The translations under genes were made by a program, and so were the position numbers. Shown in pieces: positions 10,540 through 19,284 of a stretch of DNA of 64,000 bases; within the stretch, counting starts at the first letter, position 1, and each line of letters begins with the position of its first letter. The stretch covers positions 2,592,001 through 2,656,000 of the forward strand of contig OY776510.1 in NCBI GenBank assembly GCA_963675665.1, written 5' to 3'. The notes under the pieces are model-generated. The model saw nothing but the letters and a program-made list of their open reading frames with translations, was not told where the DNA came from and made no database searches. Source of the stretch: Spirochaetia bacterium (lineage in GTDB: Bacteria > Spirochaetota > Spirochaetia > UBA9216).

Positions 10540-11439
10540 ATGATTCAATATGAAAATTGTAGTTCAATTTGTCCATCCCCCTTTTATAATTACATATTTA
10601 AAAATGTATATTTTAACAATCTTAAGCTCTATGAACCCCCAGCTGAACTTCCTAAAGGTATAAAAGGACATAAAAGAGGTAGAAAAAAAGTAGAGAAAAT
10701 ATCGTTAATAAATAACAACGCAATAGAGCAGCACTCAATTGATCTTCCCTTTCATAATGGGAAGTACGAAGGATTCCCTTTGCAATCTGCATTTCTACGA
10801 GAACAATCAAAATTTCAAATTCGAGATCGATCAATTCGTTATGTAGATCAAAGAAACTGGATTCTTGGGTATAATTCTCTTCACAATATTGAGCTTTTTG
10901 TTTTTCTTCCTCTTATACAAATTTCTCTTAATCAAGAAGTGATTGTCGACAATCTATTTAAAGAATATAAAACAAAAAAAAATGAAGTTTTACCACATAG
11001 TTTATTTTGCAAACAGTTATTCATCTGGCCAGAAGTAATTAGTATCGGTCGAGATAATCATATCTTTAATGATGGTAATAACGCAGATGCTGACGATCAG
11101 CAATCTTTACTAAAAGTTCCTAAATTTTTAATAAATCCAAGATGTGGCAATAAATTAGCAATCAATGAACATGTAAAACCGATAGAAACTGAATATAAAA
11201 AAGACAAAAATGATATGTATACTGATCGTTATTTCTTCATGTTCTATGATTCTCATGGAACTCTTATCTACCTAAGAACATTGCCACGATTGAACCAAAT
11301 TCTCCCTGTTGAACCTTTTAACTTTACGATTCCAGAAGGTTGTATTTGGCGGAATCTACCCCAAAATTCACATCGTAAATTCTCAGAATTACATCAACTA
11401 TCTGATATTTCATGGATATTGAAAGATATCATGCCATAA
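10540..11439 (+). CDS. Hypothetical protein
   Basis: 299-aa ORF in AT-rich DNA with an upstream RBS-like GAGAG; no motif recognised. Confidence 0.6.
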   Translation: MIQYENCSSICPSPFYNYIFKNVYFNNLKLYEPPAELPKGIKGHKRGRKKVEKISLINNNAIEQHSIDLPFHNGKYEGFPLQSAFLREQSKFQIRDRSIRYVDQRNWILGYNSLHNIELFVFLPLIQISLNQEVIVDNLFKEYKTKKNEVLPHSLFCKQLFIWPEVISIGRDNHIFNDGNNADADDQQSLLKVPKFLINPRCGNKLAINEHVKPIETEYKKDKNDMYTDRYFFMFYDSHGTLIYLRTLPRLNQILPVEPFNFTIPEGCIWRNLPQNSHRKFSELHQLSDISWILKDIMP

Positions 11440-11547
11440 TTACTTTCTTTTCTTCTCACTCTTTTACGGTAAAAATAAACCGTTTTTAAAATTTGTTCTT
11501 CTTTTTACTATTTAGGAAAGAGATAAAAGTAAGCGGTAATTCTTACC

Positions 11548-13101
11548 CTATGCCTTAATCAGCCCAGGAGTCAGGTTGAACGGAAGCAGTGCTTCATAAT
11601 CAGCCGGTGTTTTGCAATTTGGAAGCTGTCTGAAAACGTAGTAGAAATAATCATAGACCGAGAGGTTCTGCATTTTAGCTGATTCAACAAGGCTGTACAA
11701 AATTGCTGAAGATTCGGCGCCGTGTTCTGTATCAGAAAACAACCAATTCTTCCTGCCAATCACAAAAGGCCGGATTGCGTTTTCGGCAATGTTGTTGGAC
11801 GGCGTAAGTAGCGGGTCTTCCAAATACAAGTTTAACTGCTTCCAATTATCCAGCGTATAAGCAATAGCTTTTCCGAAGGCAAGTGTCGGAGGTGTTTCAG
11901 CCGCATATTTTGTCAGTAGTTCAAATAACGATTTCAAAATCGGAGAAGACCTGTTCGCTCGCTTTTTATGAAACCCCTTTTTAGAAAAATCAGCTCTCAA
12001 ATCTTCAAGCTCAAAAAGTTTCTTAATCAATTCGAGTATCTGTTTTACATCCGGAGATTTAGACAGTTCCCAATACTTGTAGAAATATCTGCGGGCATGC
12101 GCCCAACACAAAACATGCCGAATGGACTTATTCCCTTCATCGCTTAGTTTTTTCAATGCAGTATGATAAGCCTCATAATCATCAGTCTGCAGCCAGCCGG
12201 AATATTCTTGAAGAAAGTCATACGGAACTTTATGAGAGCGGCTTGTTTCATACTGGAATACGACCGATTTCTTATCAGGCTTACCCCCGAGAAATACCCA
12301 CATCCAGGATTTATCCTGTGCTTTACGGCCTTTTTCTTTCAAAACCTGTACCCGAGTCTCATCTGCGTTTATTACAGGCCCGTTTTTAATATTATCTTTA
12401 AGCAGTTCATATAGCGGCTTGCATCTTTCAGCGCATTTAATTGCCAATGTGCTCAGTGTTGCACGTGGAATATCCGCACCTATCGCATTCAACCTCTTAC
12501 TCTGTCGATAAAACGGCAGCGCATATTCAAACTTCTCATTTATAATCCATGCAAGCAGGCTTTCATCGGCAATACTTCCGGAAATGAGGTGTTTAATCCC
12601 TTCTGCTGTCTGTACTCCGGATGAATCATCAGTTGTTCCTTCACAATTTCGGCAGACATATTTTTTCTTTATCTCACGTCTGACGACTACTTTCGCAGGA
12701 ACGATGCAGAGTCGTTCAGATACATCTTCACCTATACAAACCTTCTCGGTACCACAGGCACAGGTTTTATCTTCTTCATCGATATCGTATTCAACAATCT
12801 CGCGAGGCAGGTCTTCAGAAAGCGCTTTTCTTCCCGAGTTCTTTCGAACTGTTTTTGTGTGGGCTTTTACTTCAAGGGTTTCTGATTCTATTTCATCCTG
12901 CTGCTCAAATGCGGAATCTTCTGCTTCGTTGAAAAGGGACGCCTGCTTCTTATCTTCACTGGTAAGTTTCTCAGATTTTGTTCCGAAGTGAAGAGTCTGC
13001 AGGAGGTGTACCAGTTCTTTCAATTCGGTAATCTGATTATCCTGATTTTGGACTGTTTGTTTGAGTTGAGCAATTTCGTTAAGCAAGGCTTCAGTACTCA
13101 C
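11548..13101 (-). CDS. tnpC: IS66 DDE transposase
   Basis: FGTKSEK, zinc finger (CACG...CRNC), ADET, LQTDDY, CWAHARR, NNIAENAIRP and GRKNWLF. Confidence 0.95.
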   Translation of the reverse strand: MSTEALLNEIAQLKQTVQNQDNQITELKELVHLLQTLHFGTKSEKLTSEDKKQASLFNEAEDSAFEQQDEIESETLEVKAHTKTVRKNSGRKALSEDLPREIVEYDIDEEDKTCACGTEKVCIGEDVSERLCIVPAKVVVRREIKKKYVCRNCEGTTDDSSGVQTAEGIKHLISGSIADESLLAWIINEKFEYALPFYRQSKRLNAIGADIPRATLSTLAIKCAERCKPLYELLKDNIKNGPVINADETRVQVLKEKGRKAQDKSWMWVFLGGKPDKKSVVFQYETSRSHKVPYDFLQEYSGWLQTDDYEAYHTALKKLSDEGNKSIRHVLCWAHARRYFYKYWELSKSPDVKQILELIKKLFELEDLRADFSKKGFHKKRANRSSPILKSLFELLTKYAAETPPTLAFGKAIAYTLDNWKQLNLYLEDPLLTPSNNIAENAIRPFVIGRKNWLFSDTEHGAESSAILYSLVESAKMQNLSVYDYFYYVFRQLPNCKTPADYEALLPFNLTPGLIKA

Positions 13102-13139
13102 ATAAGAATTTTACCACGGTTAAATTCGAGTGTGAAGCC

Positions 13140-13484
13140 CTAAACGCGGGAATAATTTAATTGCTTATGCGCTTTAAAGAAATCTATTCCATCAAGCAGC
13201 ATCTTCAACTCTTCGAACTTTATCTCCCTCGCGTCTTCTTCCGTTTCCGGCCAGGGGAACTTATTCTTTTCAAGTCTTTTCTGCCAAAGACAGAATCCGT
13301 TCCGATCCCAGTAAACGATTTTAAGCAGCTTTCTTTTGCCGTTGCAGAATAGAAACAGACTTTTTGAGAACGGGTCGTTCTGCATTATATTCTGAATCTG
13401 CAGGCTCAGACCGTTCACACCTTTTCGTAAATCAGTTTTCCCGGGTCTGACGAAGTAACGGTATTCTGAGTAATCGATAATCAT
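13140..13484 (-). CDS. tnpB: IS66 accessory protein
   Basis: TDLRKGVNGL, LFLFCN, KIVYWDRNGFCLWQKRLE. Confidence 0.95.
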   Translation of the reverse strand: MIIDYSEYRYFVRPGKTDLRKGVNGLSLQIQNIMQNDPFSKSLFLFCNGKRKLLKIVYWDRNGFCLWQKRLEKNKFPWPETEEDAREIKFEELKMLLDGIDFFKAHKQLNYSRV

Positions 13485-13780
13485 TCGAGCTCCCCGATTA
13501 CTTTAAGAACTGATTTCAGCCCGGCTTCATCAAATCCGGCAGTTATTGATATTAAGAACTTTTTGGTTTTTATAACTATTGGGGCGGCTGAGAAGATTCC
13601 ATTTGGTTTTATTTCAACAACTGAAGAACTTCCGGGTGCTTCCTGATTGCCAATAATTTTCCTGTTTTTATAAAACGTGTTTGGATGAATCCCGATCTCT
13701 TTACAGAACTCTAAAATCGTCTTACCGCTTTGCTGTTGTTGCTCAATGACTTCTTCCCAATTATTTATTACCTTTCGCAT
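13481..13780 (-). CDS. tnpA: IS66 HTH protein
   Basis: SGKTILEFCKEIGIHPNTFY HTH; first ORF of the IS66. Confidence 0.85.
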   Translation of the reverse strand: MRKVINNWEEVIEQQQQSGKTILEFCKEIGIHPNTFYKNRKIIGNQEAPGSSSVVEIKPNGIFSAAPIVIKTKKFLISITAGFDEAGLKSVLKVIGELE

Positions 13781-13857
13781 TTATTTCCTCCTGGTTAATA
13801 ATTCCGGAGGATAATACATTTTTATATTTTAGCAAGAAGGTAAGAATTACCGCTTAC

Positions 13858-13919
13858 GTTTCAATATTATCCTTTAGAAATTCATTCGTCTCGTATTCTT
13901 CATGTGTGTAACTTGCCAT
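13858..13919 (-). pseudogene. 5' fragment of a small Cys-rich gene split by IS66 and inversion
   Basis: AGGAG RBS, then ATG-MASYTHEEYETNEFLKDNIET; joins in frame to 19009-19248 through the shared 8-mer ATTGAAAC. Confidence 0.75.
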
Positions 13920-14259
13920 TCTTATTTCTCCTTTTAATTCTTAATGATTATAACATCAGAAAAGTACAATAAGAACTCAATTTTCTATAATTTATAGATA
14001 TGTTAAGTTTAAAATAAAATAAGTGTTCATTTTTTAAAGCTTATATCAATAGCTAAAACTGCTCCAACTAATTGTTTTTAAATTATTATTTTACTTTACT
14101 GCGCATTTCCGGATAGGAAGTTAGACAATTTACATAATAATTATTTATATAGCAATGAGATATCTAACACTTGTACACTTTATAGATTATTGGACATAAT
14201 TTCTGGAATGCACAACTCATTCAAGAATTAAACTTAAATAGATAAATTGGAGTGAAATG

Positions 14260-14472
14260 CTAAGTTGAACTTTGTTCACATCTCGTAATAATCTCAGAAA
14301 CTGGAATCCCTATTGCTTGTGCTACTTTTTCGATTGTATCCAATGTAGGACTTATCGAGTCGTTTTCTAGCTTATAGAGATATCCCCTATTTAATCCAGT
14401 TAAATTTGCAAGCTTATTCTGAGATATACCCTTAGATTCACGAAAATAAACAATGGATTGCCCGATGTTCAT
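14260..14472 (-). CDS. Cro/CI (XRE) HTH regulator
   Basis: MNIGQSIVYFRESKGISQNKLANLTGLNRGYLYKLEND..SPTLDTI; start moved to the ATG at 14472. Confidence 0.88.
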   Translation of the reverse strand: MNIGQSIVYFRESKGISQNKLANLTGLNRGYLYKLENDSISPTLDTIEKVAQAIGIPVSEIITRCEQSST

Positions 14473-14547
14473 GCTTGAAATATGAAGCATCAGGGAATAA
14501 AATATAATTGCTACATATTTGCAGCATGTCAAAAAGGAGGCATAGAA

Positions 14548-15084
14548 ATGAGAAAAAGTATTTTGGTTTTAATCGTCTTTTCATTTGGATTCGGTGCTTT
14601 TGCTGATGATACATTTGATACATTCTTTGAAACTGGACGCGTGCATTATACAGATATAGACGCTTTTACAGATGAAGAAACAAAAGTAGCTATGTTATGC
14701 AATATTGCAAATTTAACTGATATGGTAATAGGAACGATATATGTCAGAAAAAGTAAAAATTCATCAACAGAAGTATTCTTTACAGGCTCTCCAGAATTTC
14801 TAAATAATATATTAGGGACTCCACCAGTACTTCTATCAGAAAATGATCTATCAATAATGTATAGATTTGATAAAGCTCCAACAATAACAACAAATGGATG
14901 GTTAAATATTGATGGAACTGCTATTTTTCTGCCACAAAAAGAGGTATCTAAATTCTTACGTGGATTCTCGAAGTATAGCATATTACGGATTCGCTTAAAA
15001 ACTATTTCTGGGGAGGATATGGATATTACATATTCTGATATAGGTGCATTTGTTGAAGATTTAGAAGCAATAGGTCTTCAATAG
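14548..15084 (+). CDS. Exported hypothetical protein
   Basis: AGGAGG RBS before the ATG at 14548; signal peptide MRKSILVLIVFSFGFGAFA. Confidence 0.7.
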   Translation: MRKSILVLIVFSFGFGAFADDTFDTFFETGRVHYTDIDAFTDEETKVAMLCNIANLTDMVIGTIYVRKSKNSSTEVFFTGSPEFLNNILGTPPVLLSENDLSIMYRFDKAPTITTNGWLNIDGTAIFLPQKEVSKFLRGFSKYSILRIRLKTISGEDMDITYSDIGAFVEDLEAIGLQ

Positions 15085-15129
15085 CTACTATACTAAATGA
15101 AATGGAAAAATGAAAATTCTAATAATAGA

Positions 15130-15164
15130 ACAAAGGGACCTACGAATAAATAAAGTCCCTTTGT
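15130..15164. terminator. Hairpin between convergent genes
   Basis: ACAAAGGGAC...GTCCCTTTGT 10-bp stem. Confidence 0.45.
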
Positions 15165-15168
15165 AATT

Positions 15169-16245
15169 CTATTCAATTAGCAAAGAACATTGCGAGAGAT
15201 TGTTAGATTTCTTCTTGTACTCATCCCATGGTAAGAAATCATTAATCTTCTTATTACTACTTATTTGATGATGTAAATCTGAAATATGTGATCTTATTCG
15301 TGATTTTTGATATGACTCAGTAGTTGATTTTGAGATTACTTCATTTAATTTGATTTCAGTAAGCCCATTATCAACTGCGAAATTCAATCCCATCATTTCC
15401 ATAGCTCTACGAAACTCTTTTAATGAAAGAGATTCAGCAAGAATAAGATTATTGAGAAAAAGCATAGCATCAAAACCACTCTTTATATTACCAAACGATG
15501 AATCAGCTTCAATTTCTCGAATAAACTTTTGGTTTTGCTTAATCCAGATATCTTTAATATTCTTCCAGTTAGTTAGATTTGAGAAATTACCAACTTTTTC
15601 CTTTCTACAGATTGAATGCCTATGAATACGATATTCTACTCTTAGAAAATTTTTTCCAATAGAATAATCTTTCAATTGAATATGTTTGCTTTTATCATAT
15701 AAGGTAAAGCTTCGGCTTTTATTGCCCCACTTGATTCCATTATAACGATAAAATTCACTTCTCGAAGTTAAACGCATTCTGTCAAAGAAAAACAGATCAG
15801 ATAGATTTTCTATCAGAAGACAAGGAGCAAAAGATAATTTAAAGTCACAGAAAATATCTAAACGATTAATTTTTAACTCATAAATATCAACATTTAGTAG
15901 AAGTTTAATACATAGAGATTTCAGATATGAGAAAAGAGAAACAGATGAATGAGAATAGAAAAAATGAACATTGATGGGAGAATTAATACGAGGAACATTA
16001 CCCATAAAGTATAAACCAGTTCCATTCATCCAAACTTCCCATTCTGTTTCAGGATCTCTGTAATTTGCTTGAAAGTAGTGAGCTTTCAGTGAAGATAAAT
16101 CTCTACTCGCAGAGATTTTAGCTTTTGAATTCCAATGTTTTGATATTGGTTCAACATTATACCCAGGAAAATACAATTTAATTGTATCAATTCCAATGTG
16201 CTCGCTAATCACAGATAATTTTTTTATTCTATTCTTCTCTAACAT
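15169..16245 (-). CDS. Putative rolling-circle replication initiator (Rep_trans / phage gene II-X-like)
   Basis: GIDTIKL, INRLDIFCDF, FTLYDKS and LRVEYRI motif series; GAAGGAG RBS before MLEKN at 16245; directly downstream of xis. Confidence 0.65.
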   Translation of the reverse strand: MLEKNRIKKLSVISEHIGIDTIKLYFPGYNVEPISKHWNSKAKISASRDLSSLKAHYFQANYRDPETEWEVWMNGTGLYFMGNVPRINSPINVHFFYSHSSVSLFSYLKSLCIKLLLNVDIYELKINRLDIFCDFKLSFAPCLLIENLSDLFFFDRMRLTSRSEFYRYNGIKWGNKSRSFTLYDKSKHIQLKDYSIGKNFLRVEYRIHRHSICRKEKVGNFSNLTNWKNIKDIWIKQNQKFIREIEADSSFGNIKSGFDAMLFLNNLILAESLSLKEFRRAMEMMGLNFAVDNGLTEIKLNEVISKSTTESYQKSRIRSHISDLHHQISSNKKINDFLPWDEYKKKSNNLSQCSLLIE

Positions 16246-16379
16246 TGCTATAACTCCTTCATCTAAAATGTTAGATTTGCATTTTTTGTCATTATTAAAG
16301 GTTATTACATAGACACTAAGTCGAATAAAAACAATGAATAATGCTTTTTTTGATCCGATAAAAGAAATAATCAAGCAAT

Positions 16380-16586
16380 TCATTTGACTAACCATAATTG
16401 GCGATCTGAATGATACATTTTATTATTATCCTTCAGCCATTCTTTAATCTCTTCTTTGATAAATAGACGTCTACTCCCAAATTGAACGAATGGGATTTTC
16501 CTAGATGCCGTATACTTGTAGATCGTTGAACATGATATCCCTGTCAATTCTGAGAGTTCCTTTACCGATAGGTAAATCTTTTTCAT
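16380..16586 (-). CDS. Excisionase-like HTH protein (HTH_17)
   Basis: YLSVKELSELTGISCSTIYKY..RKIPFVQFGSRRLFIKEEIKEWL. Confidence 0.88.
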   Translation of the reverse strand: MKKIYLSVKELSELTGISCSTIYKYTASRKIPFVQFGSRRLFIKEEIKEWLKDNNKMYHSDRQLWLVK

Positions 16587-16716
16587 TTTTTTCTCCTTAC
16601 TAATTAGATGAGAGATAGAACAAAAAGCTTATTTTATCTGTAAGCGGTAATTCTTACCTTCTTGCTAAAATATAAAAATGTATTATCCTCCGGAATTATT
16701 AACCAGGAGGAAATAA

Positions 16717-17016
16717 ATGCGAAAGGTAATAAATAATTGGGAAGAAGTCATTGAGCAACAACAGCAAAGCGGTAAGACGATTTTAGAGTTCTGTAAAGAG
16801 ATCGGGATTCATCCAAACACGTTTTATAAAAACAGGAAAATTATTGGCAATCAGGAAGCACCCGGAAGTTCTTCAGTTGTTGAAATAAAACCAAATGGAA
16901 TCTTCTCAGCCGCCCCAATAGTTATAAAAACCAAAAAGTTCTTAATATCAATAACTGCCGGATTTGATGAAGCCGGGCTGAAATCAGTTCTTAAAGTAAT
17001 CGGGGAGCTCGAATGA
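16717..17016 (+). CDS. tnpA: IS66 HTH protein
   Basis: Identical to the 13481-13780 product. Confidence 0.85.
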   Translation: MRKVINNWEEVIEQQQQSGKTILEFCKEIGIHPNTFYKNRKIIGNQEAPGSSSVVEIKPNGIFSAAPIVIKTKKFLISITAGFDEAGLKSVLKVIGELE

Positions 17017-17357
17017 TTATCGATTACTCAGAATACCGTTACTTCGTCAGACCCGGGAAAACTGATTTACGAAAAGGTGTGAACGGTCTGAGCCTGCAGA
17101 TTCAGAATATAATGCAGAACGACCCGTTCTCAAAAAGTCTGTTTCTATTCTGCAACGGCAAAAGAAAGCTGCTTAAAATCGTTTACTGGGATCGGAACGG
17201 ATTCTGTCTTTGGCAGAAAAGACTTGAAAAGAATAAGTTCCCCTGGCCGGAAACGGAAGAAGACGCGAGGGAGATAAAGTTCGAAGAGTTGAAGATGCTG
17301 CTTGATGGAATAGATTTCTTTAAAGCGCATAAGCAATTAAATTATTCCCGCGTTTAG
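17013..17357 (+). CDS. tnpB: IS66 accessory protein
   Basis: Identical to the 13140-13484 product. Confidence 0.95.
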   Translation: MIIDYSEYRYFVRPGKTDLRKGVNGLSLQIQNIMQNDPFSKSLFLFCNGKRKLLKIVYWDRNGFCLWQKRLEKNKFPWPETEEDAREIKFEELKMLLDGIDFFKAHKQLNYSRV

Positions 17358-17395
17358 GGCTTCACACTCGAATTTAACCGTGGTAAAATTCTTAT

Positions 17396-18949
17396 GTGAG
17401 TACTGAAGCCTTGCTTAACGAAATTGCTCAACTCAAACAAACAGTCCAAAATCAGGATAATCAGATTACCGAATTGAAAGAACTGGTACACCTCCTGCAG
17501 ACTCTTCACTTCGGAACAAAATCTGAGAAACTTACCAGTGAAGATAAGAAGCAGGCGTCCCTTTTCAACGAAGCAGAAGATTCCGCATTTGAGCAGCAGG
17601 ATGAAATAGAATCAGAAACCCTTGAAGTAAAAGCCCACACAAAAACAGTTCGAAAGAACTCGGGAAGAAAAGCGCTTTCTGAAGACCTGCCTCGCGAGAT
17701 TGTTGAATACGATATCGATGAAGAAGATAAAACCTGTGCCTGTGGTACCGAGAAGGTTTGTATAGGTGAAGATGTATCTGAACGACTCTGCATCGTTCCT
17801 GCGAAAGTAGTCGTCAGACGTGAGATAAAGAAAAAATATGTCTGCCGAAATTGTGAAGGAACAACTGATGATTCATCCGGAGTACAGACAGCAGAAGGGA
17901 TTAAACACCTCATTTCCGGAAGTATTGCCGATGAAAGCCTGCTTGCATGGATTATAAATGAGAAGTTTGAATATGCGCTGCCGTTTTATCGACAGAGTAA
18001 GAGGTTGAATGCGATAGGTGCGGATATTCCACGTGCAACACTGAGCACATTGGCAATTAAATGCGCTGAAAGATGCAAGCCGCTATATGAACTGCTTAAA
18101 GATAATATTAAAAACGGGCCTGTAATAAACGCAGATGAGACTCGGGTACAGGTTTTGAAAGAAAAAGGCCGTAAAGCACAGGATAAATCCTGGATGTGGG
18201 TATTTCTCGGGGGTAAGCCTGATAAGAAATCGGTCGTATTCCAGTATGAAACAAGCCGCTCTCATAAAGTTCCGTATGACTTTCTTCAAGAATATTCCGG
18301 CTGGCTGCAGACTGATGATTATGAGGCTTATCATACTGCATTGAAAAAACTAAGCGATGAAGGGAATAAGTCCATTCGGCATGTTTTGTGTTGGGCGCAT
18401 GCCCGCAGATATTTCTACAAGTATTGGGAACTGTCTAAATCTCCGGATGTAAAACAGATACTCGAATTGATTAAGAAACTTTTTGAGCTTGAAGATTTGA
18501 GAGCTGATTTTTCTAAAAAGGGGTTTCATAAAAAGCGAGCGAACAGGTCTTCTCCGATTTTGAAATCGTTATTTGAACTACTGACAAAATATGCGGCTGA
18601 AACACCTCCGACACTTGCCTTCGGAAAAGCTATTGCTTATACGCTGGATAATTGGAAGCAGTTAAACTTGTATTTGGAAGACCCGCTACTTACGCCGTCC
18701 AACAACATTGCCGAAAACGCAATCCGGCCTTTTGTGATTGGCAGGAAGAATTGGTTGTTTTCTGATACAGAACACGGCGCCGAATCTTCAGCAATTTTGT
18801 ACAGCCTTGTTGAATCAGCTAAAATGCAGAACCTCTCGGTCTATGATTATTTCTACTACGTTTTCAGACAGCTTCCAAATTGCAAAACACCGGCTGATTA
18901 TGAAGCACTGCTTCCGTTCAACCTGACTCCTGGGCTGATTAAGGCATAG
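17396..18949 (+). CDS. tnpC: IS66 DDE transposase
   Basis: Identical to the 11548-13101 product. Confidence 0.95.
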   Translation: MSTEALLNEIAQLKQTVQNQDNQITELKELVHLLQTLHFGTKSEKLTSEDKKQASLFNEAEDSAFEQQDEIESETLEVKAHTKTVRKNSGRKALSEDLPREIVEYDIDEEDKTCACGTEKVCIGEDVSERLCIVPAKVVVRREIKKKYVCRNCEGTTDDSSGVQTAEGIKHLISGSIADESLLAWIINEKFEYALPFYRQSKRLNAIGADIPRATLSTLAIKCAERCKPLYELLKDNIKNGPVINADETRVQVLKEKGRKAQDKSWMWVFLGGKPDKKSVVFQYETSRSHKVPYDFLQEYSGWLQTDDYEAYHTALKKLSDEGNKSIRHVLCWAHARRYFYKYWELSKSPDVKQILELIKKLFELEDLRADFSKKGFHKKRANRSSPILKSLFELLTKYAAETPPTLAFGKAIAYTLDNWKQLNLYLEDPLLTPSNNIAENAIRPFVIGRKNWLFSDTEHGAESSAILYSLVESAKMQNLSVYDYFYYVFRQLPNCKTPADYEALLPFNLTPGLIKA

Positions 18950-19008
18950 GGTAAGAATTACCGCTTACCCTGGGCTGATTAAGGCATAGGGTAAGAATTA
19001 CCGCTTAC
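18929..19008 (+). repeat. Tandem 40-bp duplication of the IS66 right end
   Basis: CCTGGGCTGATTAAGGCATAGGGTAAGAATTACCGCTTAC occurs twice in tandem. Confidence 0.9.
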
Positions 19009-19248
19009 ATTGAAACCATCTGTTTCTTTTGTGGCAAAGAATTGAAGGATAATTGTAAAGATATTGGTGGTGTAGTTTATTGGCACCGAAGTGATAAAAG
19101 CATTGCTTTACATCAATGTTGTGCAGAAGAGCTGGCTATACATCTTATTAAAGATGCTCGAACATTAGTTTCTAAAACAGGAATGCGATGTAAATTGCAA
19201 CCAACTGAAAAACGAGATGTCAGTTATTCTACCCATTATCATGGTTAA
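19009..19248 (+). pseudogene. 3' fragment of the split Cys-rich gene
   Basis: IETICFFCGKELKDNC...HQCC...HG*; in frame with the 13919 fragment. Confidence 0.7.
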
Positions 19249-19284
19249 ACCTGATTCTATTATCTGGATTGGTGCACATGTTAT

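Larger units (their letters stand above)
11529..13857 (-). mobile_element. IS66-family element, copy 1 (2329 bp)
   Basis: Terminal inverted repeats GTAAGCGGTAATTCTTACC; tnpA-tnpB-tnpC organisation. Confidence 0.95.
16640..18968 (+). mobile_element. IS66-family element, copy 2 (2329 bp, inverted relative to copy 1)
   Basis: Same terminal repeats and identical encoded proteins. Confidence 0.95.

Noticed and set aside
13140-13484. IS66 TnpB as an RNA-guided TnpB nuclease
   Set aside because: Name overlap only: this is the 114-aa IS66 accessory protein, with no RuvC or zinc-finger domain.
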